In this document: one piece after another, positions 26,901 to 40,522 of the stretch
Numbering within the stretch: position 1 is the stretch's first letter
Layout of the letters: every line of letters starts with the position of its first letter
Source of the DNA: Syncephalis fuscata S228
Lineage: Eukaryota; Fungi; Zoopagomycota
Assembly (NCBI GenBank): GCA_025786725.1
Contig: JAHLTZ010000048.1
Span: forward strand, 72,575 to 136,574
Length of the DNA stretch: 64,000 bases
Direction of reading: 5' to 3'
Position numbers and translations under genes: made by a program
The notes under the pieces: model-generated
Database searches by the model: none
The model's input: only the letters and a program-made list of their open reading frames with translations
Told to the model about the DNA's origin: nothing

Positions 26901-29900
26901 TGTTCGGCGTTTAAACGTTATTGTTTGTTGTATGAAAACTACATGCACGATTGTAATTCTTATTTGCCATCATGGAGTCTGCGCCAGTCCGGATTCTGGC
27001 AGACATTTGCATGCGACTTTTGGCTAGACAGACACAAGTCTGCGTCTAAATTTGTTGATTATTCTTGAAATTTTATTCATGCCTATTCTGCTCAGATCAG
27101 GTGCCAATACTATCCTGTTACTGCGCCTATTTATCTAATGAAATGAATACACATCTAATTGGGCAGATGGCCGTGTTACGACAGGTTTGTAATATAAGTG
27201 GGCTTGATACTTTAAAGTTACGTCGGTATCATATGGTCCGCGTGCCGTGCCCGTTACATGCGAATCGTGCTAAGAACAGCTGCCAGTGCGTCCCAAGCTT
27301 CTGTTTTTACTTGTATAAAACCATTGGTCATACATTTGGCCATCGCTAGAGTACAGCTGCACGCGACCGAGCACACGTACACACGCATAATATAGAAACA
27401 GTAGCGAACTAGTACATAAACATATCGTTATTTATTTCGTAACTGCACATGTTAGTCTATGCGTGGATATGTGCAGCCCCAAAGGTCGTCTTTCATGCGT
27501 TTGCAAACCACCTCTTACTCCCGTCACACCTCTTTCACTAAACAATGAGTCCCTCCCCATACACACACATACACACACATTCACACACGCGCCTACAAGT
27601 CGAATCATGGCTATTATTAGTTTGATTTCCAATTTTCAATTTTATCGAGACTCACGCGGTATCCACGTATCGTGCGTCAGGTCCAATGCATTTACATACT
27701 CAAGACCTGATATCCCATATGGATATGCCTACCATTACTATACTTTTTTGACTTGAAAATGGCTATTGCGTGTTGTTATTATTTCATGTCAATGATTTCT
27801 AATATTACTGGCTAATTATCTTTTACAACGCGTTGGTTCCTTTTCTTTTTCGCCGTTGTATTGCAAAAAATCTATATACATCGTTGCTACCTTTCTAGAC
27901 GTCGGTTTACAGCCTTTGTTTCTTTACAGCCAGTATAATTGGGCACACAATACTTGGTCTGGCTGGTCAAGTAGCGTATTCTGACAGGAATTACTTTTAC
28001 ATTACATTGGTAAGTGCAATGAGTTTTGAAAAACAAATATTATATTGCCTGCCAAGTACGCTGCATGGTTTTATAACAATTCTACAGTCTGATATTCTTC
28101 GAAGTTATTATTACTATATATATATATATATTGCTCATTCGTGCGTACTACTTTGAAACTTATGTTTATTTCCACCTATATTATAATATACACATGTATG
28201 AGCAACTGATGTTCTAAGAGCACCCGCAAACAATGAAACTGAGGGTGCACATTAGGCATAGTGATAGGAGAGCGATCGAAGTGTAGTGGCAAGGCCTACA
28301 TGGCACTGATTTCGGTGCTAGCATCGCCGTGTTATCACATCTATTTGCGGAATGATTGCCATATTTTCCTCCTTCATGACTTCCTACCAAATCTGTATAA
28401 TTTCGATGCTTCGCAAGCCATGCACATGACTACTGTGATGTAGCGATCGACCCGCTGGCCGTGAATTCATCATTCTTCGTAGCATCTTCACCTATTTTGT
28501 GACACTTTGATCCATTTATAGTCAGAAATATACGGATTTACTTGCACTGGCTTCTATTTCTTTTATGCTATAATGCTTTGCTAGTCGCATGTCTATTTGT
28601 GCGTATAGCTATGTGTGTGTTTTATGTGTGTTTGGTGTATGGGCTTGCGCGCACTACTCGCCTTGATGTGTTCTGTTTCTGCACGTTCTTCATTACCGTG
28701 ACCGGTATGCGGATCCTTTTCGATCGCGACCCGTTTCCACTTCTGACGCCAGGCTTATCGATTTCGTCCAATCTTTGCCCTAAACGTTCATAGATCATTC
28801 GCTTTCTCAATTGTTTGTGTACTCTCGGATATTGCAGACAAGCCAAAGGATTGGCCAATACAGGTGTGAGTCTTTCTAATAGCTTATGGATGGGCCAATA
28901 TGCATCAGTTCGATCAGTGCCATCATTGCTTCCATGTGCTCGCCTGGTGGGTCTTAACTTTTTTCTGCTTCTCCTTTTTTGAAAGCTATTTTCTTATTTG
29001 CCATTGAGTTCGCGTCTTCTCCTTTTATACGATTTCTTTATTATTAATGTCGTCTGGTTTATCATAAACTGACTAAAACACTTGGCAATTATTTATCTAG
29101 TCTGCCGCAACAGCTGGATCACACACACACACACACACACACACATTTACGATTGACTTGGGTGAGTAATTAGTGATATTTTACCCATCGATATTGGCCA
29201 TTTGAATGGTCAATAGCCTGCATTTTATAGTGTTATATAATGCCAAATTCTATAATCGTTTTATTAATTATAAGTAACCAAATTAAGCAATGCTTGTTGC
29301 TCAATCATCGGCACTGGCTGCGATCGATGAATACAGCAAACCAATTGTGTTTTTCCCGGTTGTATATTGACAAATAATGACAATTTTTATCCATATCTGC
29401 CTTTGCTTGCGAATATTTCTATATGTGCTGTCTGTGCGTTGCTGCCTATTGAGGGAATTGGTGCTGCCTATGGTTGGCATTATTCTTAAAAAGGCCAATT
29501 TATTAATCCTGTCGAAACACAATTTAAAGCTCCGCTTAACTCCATATGGACCATGTTGCCATTCCAAATGGTTTGATCCACAATCACATCCTATCACCCC
29601 ACTCAGCCCGTATTCTTTCTAATTCAAGCGAACCAACAATCCGTAACAGTACTTTACACTTCCCTTTAAATATTGATCGATCGGCTGTGTTTGTTCAGAC
29701 TAAACAAAAGTCAGTTTATTACGGTGTATAGGAACGGACTGATGGGCGTGTAGCTAATATGATAAATGATAACTGTGGTTCAGTGTGCTTACCCGTAGTC
29801 ATTGTTGGCAGCTATCGTACCATCTAGCGTTAGTCTTGTTATTTTCAATAATTAGCGTAATGTAGCGTTGATATGCGCTAGAATTCATGTGTAAAGCTAT

Positions 29901-30210
29901 AATGATTCGTTGCTTGGCATTGTAGCGATGCTTGGCAGATTGTGCTGCTACAATATAGTATTTGCCAAGTCAGCTTATTAACCGTTATTTGTACAGATAG
30001 GTTTTTGAACAACCATCATCTAAAACCAAAGATTTGTATCGGCAGTGGCCCCGGTAAATTATCTAGGAAGCCAATCAGCAGTAACTCAGCGCCGACAGTC
30101 TTTTATTGGTTTACTTTTTACGTCTAAATCAACTGGTTGTTAGACGTGATTTCATTACTCTTGCAATTTAGAACGTAGCGTGTTTATTCCCAACATAATA
30201 TTTACACATC

Positions 30211-33200
30211 ATGCTTAACCCGAAAAAAACCGGCTTTACCGTCATGAGTGATCGGAACAGTCTTGTTGGCACAGCTGCGCAACGACTGTCGTCTGCATTG
30301 TCTTCATCGTCTTCACCATCGTCAATATCGTCTTCACCGGTTGTATCCACATCATCAACACCGTCCTCGCCCATTACTGGTTTTAGTGGTGATACGGGCA
30401 ATACAAAAGTATCCAATCGGCATCGTCCGCCATGCTTTTGGGCCTTACTTTCCAATTGCGACCTAAAATTTGTATACGTGTCTCAGAGTATCAAACTTGA
30501 TTGTGATAAAACAGAATTGATCAATCCGTCTTCTACATTGGATACCAATTCAACAATGATTGACTCAAATGGCGATCACGTAATGACTGATACTTGTTCC
30601 ATTGCAGCCAATGGTGCAGTTTCACTAACAACTGCTGCAATAACACCCACAGCCACAATAGCAAGTAGTGATAGTAATGGTAATGCTGGTGGTAATAGTG
30701 AGAAAAAGCTACATATCAACACACAGCATAGTCACGCACATATAACAGGTGATGTATATAGTGGATCAAACACAGATATGGCCATAGAACAAAACTATCA
30801 GTGGCTAGTGGATACATCCTTTTTTGAACATATCCATCTAGAGGAGGTAGCAGCTGCACGCGCTGACCTTGGTCATTTTGTTGCTCAAAAAACACTGTAT
30901 GGCTCAATCACTCGGTAGGTAGAATATAAATATTTATTTGTAATAGTTGATAGTTGCTTACAAAGCAACACGCTACTAGTTGTCGCTTCCGCATGCCAAA
31001 AACCGCAAATACCAAAGGTCTAGCTGCATCGGTAGCGGCCGAACAGCCACGCGATAGACGTTTAACGCCACTGACTACACCCACTGCTGCTCATGCTACA
31101 GGCTATTTTGATCAGCCGGTAGCACAGAACAGCTGGAATAGTGCACAAAACAGATTGACCCCATCCACTTTGCCGCCACTGTCATTCGAGCCTCGTTCGG
31201 TCGATCAGCAACAGGTTATTAAAAGTGGCGAAGAACAGGATTATATTGTTATGGATGTGACAATGAACGTTGTGTGTGACACATTGGCATTAGCATTTTT
31301 TCATGTGGTCGATGACAGCAATGGTAAGAACTGCTGTGATACTGTCCTCACTGCAAAAGTAAGTTGCAATGCATTGATAATAAACATAGTAGTAATTATC
31401 TATTTAATTATTAAATGGTGTAGGACATTGAGTTTCTACACACTCGGCTTAATGGATTATCGCCTCCTATTACACCCATCGAGTCTCGTATTATTTCGGG
31501 CACGTCATGTGCAGCACCCATTAGTACTCGTGTATTACAAATTCAATCAGCTACCACAGGTCAAGTACTATTCCTATATCCACCAGACAATCTACGACGA
31601 CTAGCTTCAGGTACCGAGCTGCCATCGGCCAATATAAACGATTGGTGTAGTCGCCTATTCTATCCAAGCGATTATCGTAATCTACATGATAAAGCAATGG
31701 CTGCGGCACAAGATAGCTTTGGCAAAGGCCATATGGCATGCCGGCACGTTTGTTCCCGTCTACGTTTTGATACAGTTCATGGCACACGTGTTGCTGAGTG
31801 TGTGGCCACTCGTTGGGGTAGTCTTATATTCAAATGTACTCAGCTTATTGGCAGTGAGGCTGAAATTGCGCGCCGTGACGATTTAGGCGGTGGTGTTGGT
31901 GAAACAAGGCTGTTACGCCTGTAGGACCATTTGCTACGACACAGCAATCATCTTCGTCGGCGTCGTTTGTTCCAGCCAACGAGCCTAATCGATCAGATTT
32001 ATCGCTGCCGCTTCCAAAGCCTAGAGAGGATGTAAAAAATCTGATATCTTGTTCTACAGAAGGCAGTGTTATGACGCGTTGCCAGTCAGTGCCAGACTTT
32101 ATGGCACATAGAACAACAGAAGCCACACTGATTCGGCCATCGCTTTCACGCATGGCTACTACAACAGCGGTTACTTTATGGCCAAATATGACAGCTGCAC
32201 CATTGCATTCTATGTCAACGTCCAATGCTCTGCCTCTTTTACCACAGAGCCAGCCTTCAAACCAATTGCCTACAGCCTCACTTATTCATTCAGGCAATCT
32301 AATATCATCAATGGAGCAGCAAAGTCTACCTTTAGATCATATGACCTACAATGCACCGCCCTATACGCCAACAGGTAATATACAGCTACCTTACTACCAA
32401 CATGGCATTGAGGCGAATGATCCGATGATGTGGTCAGAAGAGCTAAGGACGGGTCACGGATTAGGCCCGTCGGCTTCAACACCAACGGCAGTTACATTTG
32501 CGCAAAATGCTGCACATACTGGCAATCATAACGTATCATTCCCCATCCCCATACGACAACGTGAACTGCCTAGTCATGGTAGCTATCATAGCGGTAATAG
32601 TAGTGGCGGTGGCAGCAATAATAGTATAGAAAGTAAGCAATGTGAACAGTGTGGTACTATGCGTAGTCCAGAATGGCGCCGTGGTCCAAGCGGTCATAAA
32701 ACGTAAGCATCATTATTAATAGAAGTATTAATACTAATGTATATATTGATTAATAATTATTGACGTGTTTATGTTTATTAATACGCAAATTTAATAGTTT
32801 ATGCAATGCTTGTGGCCTTCGATACTCTCGATCTTTGGCACGTGCTGGCAAATCAGTACAAAGTCAGCGTAATTTGGGATTAGCGGCCCATTCATCGGCT
32901 CAGCGTCCACTTGATTCGTCTTCTATTGAGGCACGAGGCTTGCACCACCATGCCGATGGCCACGGTTCAGTCATTTTACCAGCAGCGCCATCATTCTTGC
33001 CTTCTTTCTCTACACCTGCAACGCCTACTGCATCAACACTGCCAACAACATGCTCCACGCTATCACAGTCCATTACGGCTAGATCTATACCGATGGACGC
33101 TAGTTACGACAATAGTCATGCTATAGCTATGCATTCTATAGCACAGCTTCCATCGCATCTCTATCGTCATCACCAGCAACAACAACAGCTCCAACATCAC

Positions 33201-33416
33201 CCATCGTCTGCCTATCATGCTAATCACTCATTAGCCGCTCATTCGGACTGGTCCCGAGCTACACATCCGCACTACGGTCCAACACCAGCGGATCATTCAA
33301 ACTTGCAAGTAATGAACCAAGAAACTTCATCGCCGGGATATAATACCGGCAATACCATGACATCACACCATTCTATGATGTCTAATTCTAATGGCCACAG
33401 CGCGCATGGTGTATAA
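30211..33416 (+). CDS. GATA zinc-finger transcription factor with N-terminal PAS-like region; 1-bp frameshift at ~31908
   Basis: CEQCGTMRSPEWRRGPSGHKT | intron ~32703-32797 | LCNACGLRYSR (C-x2-C-x18-C-x2-C); N-terminal RPPCFWALLS..LKFVYVS and FFEHIHLEEVAAARADL..LYGSITR|CRF; introns ~30915-30979 and ~31359-31423. Confidence 0.88.
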
Positions 33417-33876
33417 TCAGTGTAAAATGGTAATGACAGGATATTTAAAATCTTTATTTACATCAATTCTATTTAAGCTGGCTTCTTTTTTTTATACATC
33501 CACTTGAATATTAATTGATGGCTATTCTGCAATTGTCATTATTTCAGTAGTTTTTTCTTTTTTGGTCCATCTTTACGGGATGATGCTCCACTATGCATCG
33601 TTTGTGATTTGAGATGGCGTTTTCTTGCTATCTTTATATCTTTTCGTTTAAAACAATTATTATTATGTAAGCAAGTCAATTTCATATATTGACCATCATT
33701 TTTACTACATTTTTAACATGACCACACTAACTACTATCACTGAATTATTGCACTATTTGTTCTTTTTATAATAGGCTATGGATGACACCTGTCTACCGTA
33801 ACTATTATCTAATTAAGAGCAAACATAACGTTGCCTTGCTATTTCTTTCTTTCCTCTCTTTCTCAATCTTTTAATA

Positions 33877-33916
<40 letters not shown>

Positions 33917-34217
33917 GGTGTGTCTGTTTATCGTCTTGGTGCCGTCTGCCTTTAGCTATTTTTTAACCATGACTAGTATATTATTCTATGTCAATCCTAT
34001 TATTTCTAATGGTTTTATTTATATTGGCATTATATTACATGTTAATGACAAATTGGAACCATTTAGTAAACCAGCATTTTAATAATAATCTTATTTGAAT
34101 TCGTATAAATATTAACGATATGTATTGATGTGTCTATGTTTAACGCTTTAAAACTTACGTTTCATAATTCAATGGCCATTGCTGTTCATTTGTTTCTTTA
34201 GTGCCCAATACGCTACA

Positions 34218-36229
34218 ATGTCACCCATTACTTCCAATCAACCAGTTCATAACAATTATGAAAGACTTGTTGAACCTGAGGCTGGTAGGTACTTTTACAG
34301 GTACTTGTAATCTTGTTAACTGTAGCCTCAAATGACGTTAATAGAAAGATTCAGCTTCAATAACCGAATTGCTTTCTTTGTAGCCGGTAAGCTTTAAATG
34401 AATTTAAATAAACATCCAACAGCAACTATCGTTGTGGTTGTTATTACTATTGCCATTGTTGTTAATACTATTACTAACGCTAAATAGGCTGGTAGGTTAT
34501 ATTAAATAGTTGTACAACAGCTTACATTCTCATTAGTATGAATAATCTGGCTTATGTGGTCATTCTTTCAGCTGCTTTGGATATTGTTGGTCCTAATGTA
34601 CCAAAGGTAAATTTTTTATTCTTGTGACTGCACTCTACTCATATCATTTGCATTAGGGAGCCGTATTACTAGCCAATATACTTCCATCGTTATTTGTTAA
34701 ATTAACTATGCCGTATATCATTCATGCAATCCCTTACAAGTACGTTTATTGCTTTACTGATTGTACAACCTATTAATTAAAAGTTATACAGTATACGTAT
34801 TCTTAGCTGCACATTATTGTCACTAGTCGCGATGCAGGTAGCTTTATATACATAATAGATTGGTAGCATTAGTAATATATATATATATATAATGATTAGA
34901 CAATTGCTTGGAGTGGATCCATTGCTATGAGTATGACAGGCATTATTATTGCATCAGCCAGTTCTGGCCTTGGTGAAATGAGCTGGCTTATGCTTACTTC
35001 GCTGTATCATCCACTTTCCGTATCTGCTTGTAGGAATATATGATAATTGAGTATTTATTATTAATAATATATACTAATGTGTTACTTTATTTACAGTTGC
35101 GTCAGGCACTGGTGCGGCAGGCGTACTTGGTGCTGTCTCTTTTCTAGCTATGACAAGTTGGTTTGGCTGGTCAATGAGAGCTAGCTTGATGATTTTATCG
35201 GTAAGTCTGGCACGAGCTTGCTAGCTACATTTTAGTAATAATACGACTATAGAGTCTACCTTTAAGTATGGCCGTTGCTTATTTTGTCATTCTTGGTCCA
35301 CCTCTTAGTGCTATTAGTGCACAAGCAGATGAGGAAGTTAGTAAGTAGCCATTTAAACAATACTAATAATGAATGCGAATTGACAGCGATTTATACGGCT
35401 TATAGACACACATAACAATGAAAACAATTACCAAGAGACAGCTACGGATGAAAACTACAAGTTACCGACAGAGATGAATCTATGTGAAAAGTTGCTATTG
35501 GCACGCTCATTGTTAGTTCCATATATGTTGCCATTATTCTTTGTTTATTGGGCGTAAGTCTAAACATACAGTAGCCAAATATTACTTTGCAATTTATCAA
35601 TCAAAAATAGTTAATCATTAACCAATTAGCGAATATACGATCAATCAAGGTGTTGCACCCACACTATTATTTCCACTTGAAAAAACACCATTTAGACAGT
35701 TACGTGATGTAAGTGAATAATTATTGACAGATATCATGGATAGCAATAGTAATTTATACTGTTACAGCACTATGTTACTTATCAGGCACTCTATCAAGTG
35801 GGTGTATTCATTTCACGTAGCAGTGTATCTATTGCGCCCATTCAACGTCTATGGGTTCCTAGCCTGTTGCAAGTCATGCTACTAGCACTACTTATTGCAC
35901 AGTCACTCAATCCATGGCTTCCTAGTATATGGATATTATTTGTACTAATTCTTGGCGAAGGATTACTTGGTGGTAAGTAATCGTTCAACTCGCATTACTT
36001 GCCAATTAGCCAGCCATTAATAATGACAATACTAGGCGCAACCTATGTTAATTGTTACTATCAAATTACCAAAAATGTACCATCTGTTTATCGTGAATTT
36101 TCACTTGGTTCGGTAGGTGCAGCCGACAGTTTAGGCATTGCCTCGGCCGGTCTCATCAGTCTCTGGCTTGAAGGTGCGCTTTGTCAATGGCAACAAGCAC
36201 ATGGCAGTGAACTGTGCACCAATGCATAG
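34218..36229 (+). CDS. BTN1: Battenin (Btn1/CLN3) vacuolar membrane protein, ~12 introns
   Basis: Spliced: [126 protein letters not shown], all CLN3/Btn1 motifs. Confidence 0.93.
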
Positions 36230-36746
36230 TCTGTATCTGTAAATACTTTCTATTAATACAAATTCAATTAATAAATAGTAATAAATAGTAATAATAAACA
36301 ATAAATAATGTAATTAAACTGGATAAAAGACGTATTTATTTATCATAATTGGCTTGTGTTCGATTAAGAATGTAAAGCAGAAACTACGCATTCACTCGAT
36401 TGTAGCGTTAAGAATACCGCTACTTGGCTTCATACCGGGTAATGATGCGCAGTTTCATTCATTCATGATGAAAGAAAACTTGACAGCATGATAAGGAAAG
36501 AGAGGGTGGTGACGAGATGGTGACGATGATGACGATGGAAGGCCGGTCTTCTACTTGTCGCGGAGCGCTTGCAATCTTCAATTCTTTCAAGAAAAAATAT
36601 AAGAAGCAACAATCATTCTGACGATTGTTCATCCCGTGCCTAATCTTGCCCGCTAACTGACCTCACCAACAGTACATCATCCAAATCATCCACCGTGCAA
36701 GCGCGCCTTGCAAAAAAAGTTGAGTTATTTCGAAATAGTTGGTGAA

Positions 36747-38126
36747 TTAACCACGATACATGCCGTAATGGCCACCATCAGCGCCACCACTAGTATCCTT
36801 TTGGCGCGTGAGGATTGATTTGTAGCCTGGAGCTGGTGAAGCACCACGATGAGCCGTTCTATGCGCACCGGCGGCAGGCATACGTGATGGATTCATGCCA
36901 TAATCGCCGCCAGCTTGGCCTGGAGCCATTTCATCAGCGGCAAGTACCTTGCGACGACTAGACACAGGATTAGCTGCAGCCATACCAGCACGTGGCTGTG
37001 GTACAAATGAGCTGCTAGATGGCATTTGGCGAGACGCCATACCAGCGCTGGGCTGCTTCAAAGCACGAGTTGACGAATGGCCTGAAGGTGGTACACCGCT
37101 TGCCGGCGCACCACGGATGTTACTCGGCATCATGCGACGGTCACGAGCATCGTGTTCATCACGATGGACACCCGGCTGAGCTGGTTGAGCTGCCTGTGGT
37201 GCTGGTGCCGGTTGTTGTCCCTGTGGCTTCTGGTCCTTGTCCAGCTTGAACATGGTCCAATCGAAGACGTAGTCGTATTGGAAGCCTTCACGAATAAACA
37301 GATCGCGGAATAGCTTACGCAGATAGCTGTAATCTGGCTTATCGTCGAAACGAAGACTACGTGTGTAGTTAAGATAGATGGCAAATTCGTTTGGATAGCC
37401 ACGGCATAGTAATTCAGTAGGTGTAGTCATCTTCTTTTCCATAATACGGTCGTATTTCTGCTTCTTAGTGGCCGCCTTCAATCCTTGCCATGGCAAAGAA
37501 CCGCGCAAAAAATACATAAAGACATAGCCTAACGATTCCATATCGTCACGACGGGACTGTTCGACACCAAGATGCGTATTGATGGATGCATAACGGGCTG
37601 TACCCGTCAAATTCTTATTTTCCCTGTATGGGATATGCAGATGAGTCTTTGGATCACGGTATTTCTTCGCCAAACCAAAGTCAATGATGTTCACCTGGTT
37701 GCCGCGCTTGCCAATGCCCATTAAAAAGTTGTCTGGCTTAATGTCTCTGTGAATAAAGTTCTTTGAGTGAGCATATTCGACACGAGAGATCATTTGATCG
37801 GCCAACAATAGAACAGTCTTAAGAGAGAACTTGCGGGAGCAAAAGTTGAACAAATCTTCCAAAGAAGGACCAAGCAAATCAATAACCATGGCATTGAAGT
37901 CGCATTCAACGCCATAATAGCGAACAAATGGAATGCCTACACCACCGGCCAATGTCTTGTACACTTTGGCCTCATACTCGAGCTGTGGATGACGTGCCTT
38001 GGTTGACTCTAGTTTGACGGCTACCTCTTCGCCGCTAACAATGTTGGTACCGAGATAGATGTCACCAAACGACCCAGAGCCGATTTTACGGCCAATTCGG
38101 TACTTGCCACCAACACGTAGATCCAT
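36747..38126 (-). CDS. HRR25: Casein kinase I (Hrr25/Hhp1, CK1 delta/epsilon type), intronless CDS
   Basis: [68 protein letters not shown]; low-complexity tail. Probable 5'-UTR intron 38181-39752. Confidence 0.96.
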   Translation of the reverse strand: MDLRVGGKYRIGRKIGSGSFGDIYLGTNIVSGEEVAVKLESTKARHPQLEYEAKVYKTLAGGVGIPFVRYYGVECDFNAMVIDLLGPSLEDLFNFCSRKFSLKTVLLLADQMISRVEYAHSKNFIHRDIKPDNFLMGIGKRGNQVNIIDFGLAKKYRDPKTHLHIPYRENKNLTGTARYASINTHLGVEQSRRDDMESLGYVFMYFLRGSLPWQGLKAATKKQKYDRIMEKKMTTPTELLCRGYPNEFAIYLNYTRSLRFDDKPDYSYLRKLFRDLFIREGFQYDYVFDWTMFKLDKDQKPQGQQPAPAPQAAQPAQPGVHRDEHDARDRRMMPSNIRGAPASGVPPSGHSSTRALKQPSAGMASRQMPSSSSFVPQPRAGMAAANPVSSRRKVLAADEMAPGQAGGDYGMNPSRMPAAGAHRTAHRGASPAPGYKSILTRQKDTSGGADGGHYGMYRG

Positions 38127-39799
38127 ATTGACTTATTGATTGCACCTGTTGTTGTTGCTATTGATGCGATTGATGTTATGCTAAAGCTTTTAGAAACAGA
38201 AATAAAACACAATATGTGACAATTAGTATATATGTATTAAAAGCTGCACACCACAGCCAAATTGACTGATATCCAAAACAGTGCTGCAGATGGAATATAT
38301 GCACGCTCAACCGGCAAAACCATTTAAGTAGACTTTGCAGCAATGCCAATCACTCTACCACTGAGATTAATAGCATACACTCGTCTATAGCCGTGCCATT
38401 CACTGATGCTCACCCAAGTCTAACTAGATATATGCGAATATACGTGTATGCGTATATGCTTATATATATATCTTAATAACGGTAGTGCAGCTATTAATTA
38501 AACAATAAACTAGTAGTAAATGTTTAAAAGAAGGCTGTTGCACGGCACGAAGCGTCAAAGAACGAAAAACTAAAAGGACTAGCGTTGGTTAACAAAGCTG
38601 AGAACCAGAAAAACACAAAGGGATTTAGATAGGTTAGATAGATTGATGGAGAAAGTGATGATGAAAGAAGTAAAGAAGAAAACCAAAGGTGTGTGTGTGC
38701 CAAAGTTGTTGCCGCGCAAGGAGAGAGAGAAAGAAGGAAAGCGTGGTGTGTATCAAAATTGGGGAAGTATTATAATTACAAGTATTACTGTTATAAAGAC
38801 TACTAATGGTAATGTGTATGTGTGTGAGTATTAACAATTATGTCCAATAATTAGTAAAGATGAGTTATCTTTAGTTACTGTAGTGGTATCAATGTATTAT
38901 ATCTATTGTTACTATTCATAATAGCAACAATGATATCAATATCAGTAACAGTAGTAGCAGTAATGGTAGTTGTAACACTATAGCTATAATTGATATAATG
39001 GCTGTATGGGTAAAGAAAGGAAATATCAAGGTGTGGTGTGTGAGATTTGACAAGAAAAGATCGCCGAAATAGTAAAAAATAAAAGACACCAAAGGTGCAT
39101 GTTATACACACGTACACACGTACACACACACAATAACCAATGAACGAATCCATCAACCAACAAACCAAGTATATACACGAGGCATATAAAAGTATGATGT
39201 GTGTGTGTGGATTTCAAGCCCACGTGAGTTACAAGAATGCATGTAACTGTTAAGACGTGACAAACAATAAGTAAGGGGCTTTAGCCAAATGCCATACACA
39301 TAAAGGAGAATCAAGGCAACTTTGATATGTGGATCCACTTGTCTGTGGCCAAGAATATATACAATCCATACCACATATACACACACGCGCCACAAGCTAT
39401 GTTATGATTAAATAGAATAATAACAATAATACATAATACATAATAGCAACAGTTGCAGTAGTAACAGTTGTCATAATAGATGTAATATTTATGTTGATAA
39501 TAGTCGTTATCGTGATAATAGCCTGACATGGCATACAGTCCCCACGCTTTACAATCAATCGTCCGTGTACCGCTTGGCTATATAGACACGGATATGTGCT
39601 ACTTAGGACTTTGTTCAAGGCTTCGTTGCCATCATAGTATGCGTATAGGCGAGAAACAAGTCATGGCTTCAAATAATAAGAAGAGTAAGAATATACACCA
39701 AGATATTCTTATTCGACACGCTGAACTAAAACACGCTGTTATAGTTACTTACCTTAATACTACACTATAGTAGTATTAGTAGTGTTTGTAATAATGTTT

Positions 39800-39800
<1 letters not shown>

Positions 39801-39860
<60 letters not shown>
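39801..39860. repeat. (TAG)20 / (CTA)20 microsatellite
   Basis: Directly visible; lies in the putative first non-coding exon of CK1. Confidence 0.95.
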
Positions 39861-40522
39861 CAATTTAGTTGAGAATGTAATGAAAGCAATTGAAAACGAT
39901 ACTAAGATGGCCGAGATGAAGGGAAAAGGAGTTAAAAGAGCATGAGAAAGCTGATGAATTTGTGTGGGTGGTTGTGTGGTATAACAATTATAATAAAAAG
40001 TGAGGAATAATGTGTGTGTGTGTGTGGTGACAATAGGCCAGTTGGCAGATTAGGAAAAGTACGAATGGACCCATCTAATTCTGTAGCATTTTCAATAACA
40101 GAAAGGAAAGTAGCAACAAAGCTAAACAAGTTAGAATGGTAACTAGAATGACGTATAGTTTGTTGGTAGGCGGTTGCTATAGAATGCTTGTAATAATCAA
40201 CAATTGATTTGAAAATCAATAAATTATTTAATAAAACTATTAATTATTAATTACTTGAAAAATATTAAACAATTAATTAGTTGGCTAAGTTTATTGTCAA
40301 GTTGAATTCAAATAAACAGGCCTACTTGGAAATCAAAAAGTACCGTAACCTATACGGCAACAGTCACCGTATAGTGTATCTATAGATTTATCTGTAGCAA
40401 TAGTAATTATTGTCTATTGAATACTATTCATTATAATACTGATTTAATTTAATATCTTTATTGTGTTACAACTAGATCCAATACATTTTGGATCGTTAAT
40501 TACTGACTGGCTGAATATAGGC

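Noticed and set aside
25445-30127. Numerous 60-100 aa ORFs upstream of the GATA gene
   Set aside because: Mostly non-ATG starts and low complexity; no motifs or consistent exon chains.
38634-40219. Short ORFs upstream of CK1
   Set aside because: Fall in microsatellite-rich leader intron/promoter sequence.
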